Below are positions 1-8,364 of a stretch of 64,000 nucleotides of DNA, piece after piece. Source of the DNA: an uncultured Candidatus Saccharibacteria bacterium (lineage in GTDB: Bacteria > Patescibacteriota > 4484-211 > JAGQKX01); the NCBI GenBank assembly GCA_964392315.1, contig CAYMOT010000002.1:139637-203636 (forward strand). Direction: 5' to 3'. The notes beneath the pieces are model-generated. The model made no database searches. It was given only the letters and a program-made list of their open reading frames with translations, and was not told where the DNA came from. A program made the position numbers and the translations under genes. Each line of letters begins with the position of its first letter. Positions within the stretch are counted from its first letter, which is position 1.

Positions 1-1
1 A

Positions 2-964
2 GGAAAACGTTATTCATTGCACGAAGGTATCGTCCAAGTTCCAGGTATTGCAGTTAACAATAATGCTGACATTCCTCGCTATCGTGCGGGGAATCTCAAG
101 CTTGTGTTTGGTGTCGTGTTTTCGCTGGACAAAGAGTCAGTAGATGAGCTTAACGCGCTGCAGCAAACGGAATACGATTTTTCAAAAATGAACGGACTTA
201 AATATGGATTGAGCGGAGCCGTTGAACAACTTGCGTACTATCATGATGTTTTGCATACATATGCAGATGATTTGCAATTAGTTCGTTCTCGCGCAGACTA
301 TGAAAATCTGGCCGGCAAGATAGGAATGCTTCTGCACTTAGAAGGGATAGATTATATTTCAGATATTTCCTTACTTGAATCGTTTTATAAAATGGGAGTG
401 CGAAGTGTCGCAATGACGTGGAGAAATAAAAATATTTTTGCTTCGGGAAATAATGTGGAAGGTGGTTTGACCGATGTAGGAAGAGAATTGATAGCAAAGA
501 CACGAGAACTCGATATGGTTTTTGATCTGGCACACGCTAATCCACAGACGTTTTGGGATGCAATGGAAGCTATTGATTTTCCTTTCATGGTCTCGCATAC
601 ACTCGTCAATGCGATTAAAGAAAACTCACGCAATCTCACAGACGATCAGATAAAGGCAGTGGCTCAGCGAGGTGGGGTCATCGGTATTGCGACAATCCCT
701 GATTATATGACTGGCGATTCAATGGATGATTATGTTGACCAGTTTGACTATATCTTGAAATTGGTCGGAGAGGATCATGTTGCGTTTGGTACTGACTTTG
801 ACGGGTTGGTCGATCCGACTGATCGTTTTGTGCAGGGATTTGAAGACGCGTCAATGTATCAAAATGTGTTACAGGCTTTTGACAAACGAGGTTTCTCAGA
901 ATCCACTATTGAGAAGATCGCGTATAAAAACGCTGAGCGGTTAATCTTGTCAGCGCTTTCCTAG
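2..964 (+). CDS. Membrane dipeptidase (peptidase M19 family), 5'-partial. The frame is open to the window start.
   Basis: C-terminal motif GEDHVAFGTDFDG matches the M19 'G.DHVG.GSDFDG' signature; VSHTLVNAIKENSRNLTDDQIKA..GGVIGI matches the M19 core. The N-terminal HxD motif is absent, so the gene starts upstream of the window. Confidence 0.7.
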   Translation, partial: GKRYSLHEGIVQVPGIAVNNNADIPRYRAGNLKLVFGVVFSLDKESVDELNALQQTEYDFSKMNGLKYGLSGAVEQLAYYHDVLHTYADDLQLVRSRADYENLAGKIGMLLHLEGIDYISDISLLESFYKMGVRSVAMTWRNKNIFASGNNVEGGLTDVGRELIAKTRELDMVFDLAHANPQTFWDAMEAIDFPFMVSHTLVNAIKENSRNLTDDQIKAVAQRGGVIGIATIPDYMTGDSMDDYVDQFDYILKLVGEDHVAFGTDFDGLVDPTDRFVQGFEDASMYQNVLQAFDKRGFSESTIEKIAYKNAERLILSALS

Positions 965-969
965 GTTCT

Positions 970-1881
970 ATGATTATAGATGTGCATACTCACGTTGGAT
1001 TTAATGCGAAGCGTGCATTTAACGGTATTCACCCGTTCTGCCAATCAGCTCAGGATTTGGTGCGGAAGATGGACCAGTTTGGCATTGATACAGCAGTCAC
1101 TTTTCCCTTCGAGCCTACTCTATATGATGACCCGAAAGATTACTACACCCTTATTCCAACAGGCTTAATGGAGTATCCGTATCAATATGAAAATCGGCTT
1201 CTCATAGATCAAGTGAAAAAATTTGGCAAGGATCGTTTGATTCCGTTTGCATGCGTCGATCCACTACGAGAGGTTGATAAACAAGCAGCACAATTACGAG
1301 CATGGGCAGAAGAGGGTTTAATTCGTGGTTTTAAAATTCACACAAAAAGTATGCAAGCAGATGGTAGAACTATGATTAATTCGCCATTTGCTGCTATTGC
1401 GGAAGAGTTCAAGCTGTCAATGCTGTTTCACACCTATATGCAAGAGGTTGCGCACCCGCTGCATGTGATGGAGTTTGTAAAAAACCATTCAAGCATCCAT
1501 GTGTGTATTGCGCATGGCGGTGGGTTTATTCAAGAGTTTTATGATGAGCTGGAGAAAGTAAACCCACAGAATTTTTTCATTGACCTCTCCCCTACTACAG
1601 CACTCCTAACTTTTATCCGGAAAGAATCAAAAGAACGGGGATTTACGGTGTTAGATCTGCCGTATGAAAACCCACAAGAAGTTGTCCAGCAGATGGTAAA
1701 GAACTATGGGGAATATATTGTGTTTGGGACTGATGAGCCGTTCACCACCTACATTAATGATTTAGAAGGTGGGTCGATCATATCGGATATGGGAAAAGAG
1801 TTAGAGATATTTAGATCGCTGTCTACAGAAGATTTTGAAAAAGTAACTGACAGTAACCCGAGACGGTTTTTGCATCTTTAA
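970..1881 (+). CDS. Amidohydrolase-family metal-dependent hydrolase (TIM barrel)
   Basis: N-terminal IIDVHTHVGFN (the HxH metal-binding start typical of amidohydrolase 2); 303 aa; lies 5 nt after the dipeptidase stop, so likely in an operon with it. Confidence 0.55.
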   Translation: MIIDVHTHVGFNAKRAFNGIHPFCQSAQDLVRKMDQFGIDTAVTFPFEPTLYDDPKDYYTLIPTGLMEYPYQYENRLLIDQVKKFGKDRLIPFACVDPLREVDKQAAQLRAWAEEGLIRGFKIHTKSMQADGRTMINSPFAAIAEEFKLSMLFHTYMQEVAHPLHVMEFVKNHSSIHVCIAHGGGFIQEFYDELEKVNPQNFFIDLSPTTALLTFIRKESKERGFTVLDLPYENPQEVVQQMVKNYGEYIVFGTDEPFTTYINDLEGGSIISDMGKELEIFRSLSTEDFEKVTDSNPRRFLHL

Positions 1882-1936
1882 GTTCAGGAAGATGGAGAGA
1901 AACAGGAGCCGGTTCGGCCGGCCCCTGTTTGGGTTA

Positions 1937-3484
1937 CTACTTGCGCCAATTGGCGCGTTTTTTCATCCAGTTGACGATGCCTTCAAGCTCCGAAGGCTCT
2001 TTTTCGATGGCGATTGGATGGAGTCTCCACCCGCCGAGAACCATATCGAGTTGCGAGCTGACAAACCCTCGCAGGAAACACTGTCCAGCAGGGCTGGACA
2101 GGAGCGTAGCAGCATCTGTCTCGAGGGCTGCCTGCTTCTCTCGAAGCGTGGCGCGTTCAGGGTCTACTTCCGATCGTGCTCCTGCGACCGCTTGCTGAAC
2201 TGCTTCGCGGGTTGGGGCTTTCTTTAGTGCACTGAGCAGGCGAGGATTTAGTTGTTGCACTTCTTTCTCAGCCCACCGACGCAGTAGGTCTTCGTCTTCT
2301 GGCGCCTCCAAGTCGACTTGCTCGCGAATCGCTTTTGCCCGGTGACTTTGCTCTTCAGCGAGCTTGTTCCACGCCTCGTACATTTCAAGCAATCGGTTGA
2401 CAGTAGGAGCGGCCCAGTCTGGCGTCCAAAAGTACTTGAGATGATTAGACGGATGAAGGACGTACGTCACATCCTTCGGAAGCCCGAGTGGATCTGCAAG
2501 CAGGTCCCACAGCTGTTCGATTTCGGCACGACGCTCAGCGGATTCGTCATCATCGAGCAGGTACGTCACCATCGAGGTCCCGCTGATGTGATGGACCAAT
2601 TCGCCGCCTGACCGAGCGAGCTGTGCCATCACCGGCAGCACGACATAAGCCGTTGTGTCAAGAATTGCTCCACTCATACGAAATAAGTCGGGTTTCTCAC
2701 CCGGCTTACTAAGAATCTCCGCAATGTACTGCATGAGCTGGAGCGCGATTTTCGACAGTAGTTCTGTCGGTATCTGCGGTCCTCCGTGGTAGCGCGTCCG
2801 GATCGGGCCAACGTCTCGTAAGGGCCGGCGTACACCTTGTTCCACCCACTCGTAAAAGTGGCGAGGCAGATGTTGGGCGATCAGTGCAAGTGCCTCCGGG
2901 AGTTTATCCCATGACAGCAGAAACTCACTCGCACTTATCGGATTAGCGTGCGGGAAGGCATAGCGTAGCATACTGTAGTGATACTGCGCAGGCGTCTGCG
3001 CATGCACCGCAAGCAGCCCTGGTGGAACGATTCTTTCAAGCTGGCAAGCCACTTCCCATTGCATGCCTCCCTTTGAGGCAAGTCCGACGATGGGGTTGGG
3101 CAATACCGAACCCATCATACCGCTCCAAACACCGAGCAATTCTTCCCACTGCTGTTGCAAGCGTGCAGTGAGTAGAAAACCGGGTTGGAACGTGTAGGGT
3201 GGCTTAGCCCAGATTGCCGCAGGACCGATAACCTGCCCATCGTGGCTGACGATAAGGCTCGCGCCGTCATAGGTCAACGTGTCGACAGGGTATGCACCGT
3301 CGCCAGCGGGGGTGAACTCGTGCTGAATGAAATCCAGCCCGTGGCCACCTAACGCTGCAAGAACGGCTAGCCGCTGGCTGTTTTGTGTGCCAATATGAGA
3401 TGAGGTCCCGATTGGGACACCACCATCCAAAGCTTCTCGTAGTCGGTTGAGGGGATCATTGCCTCTTACTATTGTGAAAGCCAT
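1937..3484 (-). CDS. Hypothetical 515-aa protein, GC-rich; paralog of the 6808-8241 gene (unknown family, HHISGTSM motif)
   Basis: Longest ORF in a visibly GC-rich segment. GGAGG Shine-Dalgarno 7 nt upstream of the ATG at 3484. Ala/Arg/Leu/Pro/Trp-rich composition unlike neighbouring proteins. N-terminus MAFTIVRGNDPLNRLREAL aligns with MPINFVNGSQITLRESLEF of the 6808 gene; shared ..YAFPH.. and ..SGTSM.. blocks. Confidence 0.7.
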   Translation of the reverse strand: MAFTIVRGNDPLNRLREALDGGVPIGTSSHIGTQNSQRLAVLAALGGHGLDFIQHEFTPAGDGAYPVDTLTYDGASLIVSHDGQVIGPAAIWAKPPYTFQPGFLLTARLQQQWEELLGVWSGMMGSVLPNPIVGLASKGGMQWEVACQLERIVPPGLLAVHAQTPAQYHYSMLRYAFPHANPISASEFLLSWDKLPEALALIAQHLPRHFYEWVEQGVRRPLRDVGPIRTRYHGGPQIPTELLSKIALQLMQYIAEILSKPGEKPDLFRMSGAILDTTAYVVLPVMAQLARSGGELVHHISGTSMVTYLLDDDESAERRAEIEQLWDLLADPLGLPKDVTYVLHPSNHLKYFWTPDWAAPTVNRLLEMYEAWNKLAEEQSHRAKAIREQVDLEAPEDEDLLRRWAEKEVQQLNPRLLSALKKAPTREAVQQAVAGARSEVDPERATLREKQAALETDAATLLSSPAGQCFLRGFVSSQLDMVLGGWRLHPIAIEKEPSELEGIVNWMKKRANWRK

Positions 3485-3802
3485 CGTAACCTCCGTTTAC
3501 AGAAATTTGAAGGGGCGTGCTTCGAATACATCCGTGTCAGGGGATGACACAAGAAACAATAAACCGCGGAAGCAGCACGGTCGTGTTCCTTATCGGTTTT
3601 CGTGACGATGCACGTCGGATCCTGCGGGGAAACGCATTGATTCCTCAATCGTTGGCGTTTAATCCGATAGAGAAGAGATAGTGTTGGGTACTATCATTTG
3701 GAGAGATATGTGCAGGTGGTGGGGATTCTAAGCGAACTTAGGAGGAGGAGAGGGGAAAAAGAGAGGAAGGTACAAAGGGGAAAGGAGTTAATAAGCGTTC
3801 AT

Positions 3803-3838
3803 TTACATATTTGTACTATTTGCATATTTGCTTATTTT
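3803..3838 (+). promoter_or_regulatory. Copy of the TTGTAC-TATTTG promoter-like motif (-35 TTGTAC, 16-nt spacer, -10 TATTTT) with no plus-strand gene downstream
   Basis: ATTTGTACTATTTGCATATTTGCTTATTTT. It lies between two minus-strand genes, so it is either an antisense/sRNA promoter or a protein-binding site used in either orientation. Confidence 0.3.
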
Positions 3839-3904
3839 CTCCTCCCCCACTTATACCGATTCCTCGTAAGTTGTTAATGTTCCTGACAAAGAGGCAGTGG
3901 ATTT

Positions 3905-6016
3905 TTAGATGAGCGTTTGCTCAAGATATGCATTGCCGGTTGATCCGTTGAAGTAAAGCGTGTAGAGCAGCGGGAATCCTAAAAAGCTCAAAAAACGATT
4001 ATGTTTCCCTTGTTGTGGCCTATAAAATTCTTCGAGTACATTAACAACAGCAGTTTTTTCGTTATTGCTCTGTTGCATGATTGCATCCAGGTAAGGTGTT
4101 TCATTGATTGATTGCTGTAATCTCGAGAATGTCATTGGTGTTTCTTGAATTAACTCTTCGACAAGTGCATCGCGTTTGGCAGGCGATAATTCATGCTGAT
4201 ATACCTCAACCATCAGTTCGTGTAAATTGGTGCTATCCGAATTTATGCCTTCGAGACGATGCACTGGGTTACGCTCTAGATACATTGATTGCAGTAGCGA
4301 TGGATAGCGTTTATACAGAGTGAGCGCAATGTCAAATAAAATGCATCCACTCACAAACTCGCCATTATAATCCTCTATCAACTCAATTACCTTTTGTCCG
4401 TTATCGTAGGTTAAGTAAATATTATTTCCTTTTTCCAGAACAGAATATGCTTCTGAACCTGAATGATGTGTCAGAACATATTTCAAGATATCGTGAGAAA
4501 GTGCTTTTACTACAGGGCTTGATTCAAGTGTCAACTCGTCAAGTGGGTACCCAAGATCCTCTAACATTTTGAAATACGTGTCGTAATTGATACGGTTGAT
4601 CACATGGTATTCATCAATCATTGCAGTACGTTCGATGCGGAGCGTAGGATTTAGCTTTGTAATAACATCGATTACATAATTTGCGATGAGTACTCCTGCA
4701 CGTTGGGATAAGCCTTCGTTTCTGTCTGCATGCACGTGTGCGGTCTCGATGTTCATGGCGGTATGACTCAACGCCAATTGTTTCACTACTTCACTTTCCT
4801 CAAGTCCTGTTTGTGGAAGTTTTGTATTCCAATCGACCGGGAAATATTCTTTTATAGTACCGGTGCGCATAACAACGCTTCCGGACCGGATTTTTTGGGT
4901 GGCAAACCACTCCTGTAGGTTGTTCGCCGGTAGTATTTTGCCGGTAGATCCTTTTTTGTTAAGCATCTCTTCAAACTCATTCGTGCTTTGAAAGGAAGTA
5001 GTAATGTCCGTTGGAATCAACAATACGATATCTTTCTGCCCTATTTGTAGCTGTGTAGATTGGAAAGGCGTTGCAGAATGACCGCCCAGTGAATAGTCAT
5101 TGTGCTCAGGAGAAATGACATGGGTAAGTTTTTTGGTAAAAAAATCTTCTGCGCTTTTGGGAGAAAGTTGCACTATACTTGCATTTCCAATGAGCACGGT
5201 CTTGACATATCGTATGCCGTCTTTTACATATTCTTGTGCGCCGATGAATCCTATACCTTCTGCAATTTTGCGAAGATATGCATAATAATCGAGTAGCAAA
5301 TTAGATACCTCAAATGGGTATTGTGTCAAAAAACGCTCGTACACGTCTGCCAATTCTTTGATCTCAGGTCGGGATTCTTGTGAATCTCCATTATTCGTGA
5401 ATACGCAGGCAACGATATTATCGGTTTTGTTTTTGTATACTGCTATGTAATTAGCGTTTATTTCACGCCTGCCTTCAGTATTACTTTCAGAGTGGACAGG
5501 TAAGTATTCAGTAGTATAGCCTCTATCGACGCCGCGCTCGTTAATTGCCATAAGAAATCTGTGAAAGTCTTTGCACTGCCGATATGTCGTTTCCGCATCT
5601 AAGATGGCATCCTCATCGTTTTGTTCTTTTAGAACTGCATCCAATCCCATGATTCTGGAAAAATGGCCAAATTCATCCCGGATCTCATGCTTTTGTGCGG
5701 TTTCTTTATCAGTAAGACAAAGCTCGTTAAAGGGTGTACCAAATTCCAATAGCGCAGAGATTTCGCTTTTGATCTCTTCGGTATAGGGCTGATTTAGTTC
5801 TAGCTGTGAAAAGATAGTCTCTAACGTAACTGAAGCGCCATTTTTGGCACTTTCTGCGAGGATCATGAGTTCTGCTTTGGTTAGCTCATAAAATTGTTGT
5901 TGTTTATTAAGGGGTAAGGCATAAAAGATATCGACATCTAAGCCTTTAAAGTCGAGCACGAGCTGTGCTACCCCCTGAGGCAGGGTGTGAGTTTTGTTTG
6001 CTATTACATTTTCCAT
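3905..6016 (-). CDS. Hypothetical 703-aa protein (AT-rich; no recognisable domain)
   Basis: Long intact ORF with Lys/Asn/Ile/Glu-rich composition typical of the host. A perfect TATAAT lies ~23 nt upstream of the ATG. No SD. It sits 40 nt downstream of a minus-strand tRNA, so co-transcription is possible. Confidence 0.65.
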   Translation of the reverse strand: MENVIANKTHTLPQGVAQLVLDFKGLDVDIFYALPLNKQQQFYELTKAELMILAESAKNGASVTLETIFSQLELNQPYTEEIKSEISALLEFGTPFNELCLTDKETAQKHEIRDEFGHFSRIMGLDAVLKEQNDEDAILDAETTYRQCKDFHRFLMAINERGVDRGYTTEYLPVHSESNTEGRREINANYIAVYKNKTDNIVACVFTNNGDSQESRPEIKELADVYERFLTQYPFEVSNLLLDYYAYLRKIAEGIGFIGAQEYVKDGIRYVKTVLIGNASIVQLSPKSAEDFFTKKLTHVISPEHNDYSLGGHSATPFQSTQLQIGQKDIVLLIPTDITTSFQSTNEFEEMLNKKGSTGKILPANNLQEWFATQKIRSGSVVMRTGTIKEYFPVDWNTKLPQTGLEESEVVKQLALSHTAMNIETAHVHADRNEGLSQRAGVLIANYVIDVITKLNPTLRIERTAMIDEYHVINRINYDTYFKMLEDLGYPLDELTLESSPVVKALSHDILKYVLTHHSGSEAYSVLEKGNNIYLTYDNGQKVIELIEDYNGEFVSGCILFDIALTLYKRYPSLLQSMYLERNPVHRLEGINSDSTNLHELMVEVYQHELSPAKRDALVEELIQETPMTFSRLQQSINETPYLDAIMQQSNNEKTAVVNVLEEFYRPQQGKHNRFLSFLGFPLLYTLYFNGSTGNAYLEQTLI

Positions 6017-6056
6017 TTGCTTATTTGTTTGTTTGCATATTATAAATTTGTTGACT

Positions 6057-6133
6057 TGGCTCCCCGGGAAGGATTCGAACCTCCAACCAACTGCTAAGAA
6101 TACAGCCGCTCTGTCCTATTGAGCTACCAGGGA
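6057..6133 (-). tRNA. tRNA, anticodon read as TCT (Arg); atypical anticodon loop (AUUCUUA, U at position 37)
   Basis: Cloverleaf folded by hand. Acceptor TCCCTGG/CCGGGGA, D stem GCTC/GAGC, T arm GGAGG-TTCGAAT-CCTTC, encoded CCA. The anticodon stem GCTGT/GCAGT needs two G-U pairs. Confidence 0.6.
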
Positions 6134-6142
6134 TATAAATAA

Positions 6143-6190
6143 ACCTCCGGTGAGGGAGGTTCTGGTTCTTTTTTTATTTTTTTAATTTAA
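6143..6190. terminator. Intrinsic terminator hairpin ACCTCC-GGTGAG-GGAGGT followed by a T-run (bidirectional context)
   Basis: Perfect 6-bp stem plus TTCTGGTTCTTTTTTTATTTTTT on the plus strand; A-rich on the other side. Confidence 0.55.
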
Positions 6191-6526
6191 TTTTAGCGAG
6201 AACCCCCTATACCGTCTTTGTGATCCAGAGGACCATAAAGAAAAAAGTAATGAGACCAATAAGCATATGCTTGCTGGCCTGGGGGGTACGATAATTTGTT
6301 GTTGCTAAAATTTGGGTCATACGTCGGCTTTCTCTTATAACAGAAATTTGGCAAATCTGTCAACAGGTTTTTTGACAGAGTTAGAATACTTGTGGTATAT
6401 ACGTGTTTCATGGAAACGTCCTTATCGAGTATACAACCAAAGCGTTGGCACCAATATTATGGTTACCGGTTTACCGCGGGAGGTCTTTTCATGTTCTAAA
6501 TCCATATACAAATAAATAAACGAAGT

Positions 6527-6556
6527 ATGTTGCCTCCCGAACGGGAGGTTTTTTTG
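6527..6556 (+). terminator. Intrinsic terminator CCTCCC-GAAC-GGGAGG + TTTTTTT
   Basis: GC hairpin immediately followed by 7 T; 12 nt after the stop of the small ORF 6312-6515. Confidence 0.55.
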
Positions 6557-6637
6557 TATATGGGCACATTAACAACTAAAGTATAAAGACGGGTCACGTG
6601 TAAATTATCCGGTACAAATATTTCTTTTTGCATGTTT

Positions 6638-6681
6638 TCATTTGCTTAATTGTACTATTTGCATTATTTGCTTATTAATTT
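6638..6681 (+). promoter_or_regulatory. Sigma70-like promoter carrying the recurrent TTGTAC-TATTTG motif (-35 TTGTAC, 17-nt spacer, -10 TATTAA)
   Basis: TTGTACtatttgcattatttgctTATTAA lies ~125 nt upstream of the SD-supported start at 6808. The same motif recurs in >=10 intergenic regions. Confidence 0.5.
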
Positions 6682-6807
6682 TTGCCTGTCCCCTCTTTGT
6701 AACCCCTCTATCCTCGTTTTTATAAAGCCACTTTCCTCTTGTGGCAAAACCGCCCGGTTTTACAAATCCTCGCTTGTTTGGGAGCACACGTAAAAAGGAG
6801 TAGATCA

Positions 6808-8241
6808 ATGCCAATCAATTTTGTAAATGGTTCTCAGATTACACTGAGAGAAAGTTTGGAGTTTAACGGCCGCGGCTCTCGAACGCCGCATCCCGGTTGG
6901 GAGAATACGATGACCACGATTCTTGCCCAACTTGGGGTACCTATTGAATTGTGTTGGGAAGTGCGTGCAGATCTGAAAGGGTATCGCGTGACACATCTTG
7001 GCGGTCATCGCATATCGCAGGACGACGCGAAGTGTGGTCCGTGGGCGCAGTTTGATGTGGTGAAGTGGGCAACGGTCAGGGCCACCTTACCTGGCAGTGT
7101 TCAATCGGTCGTTTCAACCTGCTGTACGCCGTTTCAAGCACACATGGCACTAGCAAAAGCAGCGTTTCCGCACATACAAACATCGGCTGATCTGTACCTT
7201 CGTCACGGCGAATTGGTGCAAAAAGCGCTAGATGTGCTTGCTCATAGTAGGTTTCGTGAGCATTTTGCGAAATATGTAGACGGCCAAGGGTATCTGCATC
7301 CAATCTACCAGGCACATGGTAATACCGTGTATTACCAGGGAAACCAAAAGGTGCACGCCCCACACCTGGAAGGCGGGTATATGAGACTCCTTGAGTTTGT
7401 GAAGGCGTCACAGAAGCACGGCGCCCAGGTTGCCTATCCCGCTTGGGGAGTGCTTCCTGATGCGCGGATTCTATGTCTACTGGATATGGTGGTGTATGCA
7501 CTGAGTGGGAATATTGACCACGTGTATGCGTGGTCGGGCACGTCGATGATGCAATACATCCTCAAAGAAGCTGATTCACAGCGGTGGCGAGAGATTGTGT
7601 CAGGGATGTATGACTTGGTGCGGCAACGTGCTTTGCCGGAGTTACCACGAGTATTAGATTTCACGCTAATACCTACGTTGGGTTTGGGTGATCTGGCTGT
7701 GACAGATGCAAGCATGGCGCAAGCAGTTAATACCCAACTGTGTCAGTTAAATGTTGCGGGAGTACGTGAGGAGCGGACAGACAAAGTTGGTTTGCAGCAA
7801 ATGGCGCGTGATGATGCGTATGCATTCTTGGCGCACATTGCTTTGTCCCTGGAGCCAAACGCGTGCACTGAGATTGCTCAGATGCTTGATGACGGCAATT
7901 GGCAAGGTGCCGGCGGCAAAGCTTCGGCATTGATATCTCTGCGCAGCAAAAAGCAGCACGTATGTGATCGGCATGTGGTTGAGGCTGAGTTAGGAGAACT
8001 GCTGCGAGATAACACCGGAAGATTTGTCCTTGCCAATCAACCGGCAGTAGATGCGCTGGCGTATGCAAACGGTACGCGATTGCACCTGTTGGTGGGTGTT
8101 TTGGATATTCCGGCAGGTAAGTTTGATTCGTATCGGGCGCGATTGGCAAACATCGCGTCGAGAGGGCAACGTAAAAATACTTCTCAAGAAGATGGTCCTC
8201 TCTTGCCCTATTTCAATAGAGCTGGGTGGATGCTAGAGTAA
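6808..8241 (+). CDS. Hypothetical 477-aa protein, GC-rich; paralog of the 1937-3484 gene
   Basis: AAAGGAG SD 8 nt upstream of the ATG at 6808 (the ORF track start at 6739 is probably too early). N-terminus and the internal AFPH / AWSGTSM blocks align with the 515-aa protein. GC-rich. Confidence 0.7.
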   Translation: MPINFVNGSQITLRESLEFNGRGSRTPHPGWENTMTTILAQLGVPIELCWEVRADLKGYRVTHLGGHRISQDDAKCGPWAQFDVVKWATVRATLPGSVQSVVSTCCTPFQAHMALAKAAFPHIQTSADLYLRHGELVQKALDVLAHSRFREHFAKYVDGQGYLHPIYQAHGNTVYYQGNQKVHAPHLEGGYMRLLEFVKASQKHGAQVAYPAWGVLPDARILCLLDMVVYALSGNIDHVYAWSGTSMMQYILKEADSQRWREIVSGMYDLVRQRALPELPRVLDFTLIPTLGLGDLAVTDASMAQAVNTQLCQLNVAGVREERTDKVGLQQMARDDAYAFLAHIALSLEPNACTEIAQMLDDGNWQGAGGKASALISLRSKKQHVCDRHVVEAELGELLRDNTGRFVLANQPAVDALAYANGTRLHLLVGVLDIPAGKFDSYRARLANIASRGQRKNTSQEDGPLLPYFNRAGWMLE

Positions 8242-8250
8242 ATAGGAGGT

Positions 8251-8293
8251 ATAAAAAAAAGCCGGCCGCCCACAAGGGGCGTCCGGCTTTTTG
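8251..8293. terminator. Bidirectional intrinsic terminator (A-run, AGCCGGCCGCCC-ACAA-GGGGCGTCCGGCT hairpin, T-run)
   Basis: Sits between convergent genes (6808-8241 + and 8365-8754 -). GC-rich stem flanked by A8 and T5. Confidence 0.6.
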
Positions 8294-8364
8294 CGATTAG
8301 AGCGACATCATGTACGCAAGTCGCTCCATCTGGTATTCCAATTCAGCCGCACACTCACGACATG

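Noticed and set aside
1892-2611. Plus-strand ORFs (111, 89, 97 aa) inside the 515-aa gene. Also the many 60-140-aa ORFs on the opposite strand of the 477-aa gene (7076-8236) and the 458-aa gene (9791-10440).
   Set aside because: GC-rich DNA suppresses stop codons in all frames. The long SD-supported frames explain the region, and these overlaps have no start signals.
6739-6807. Upstream extension of the 477-aa gene (ORF track start at 6739)
   Set aside because: An AAAGGAG SD sits 8 nt before the ATG at 6808, and the N-terminus aligns with the paralog only from that Met. The extension would also run through the predicted promoter -10 region.
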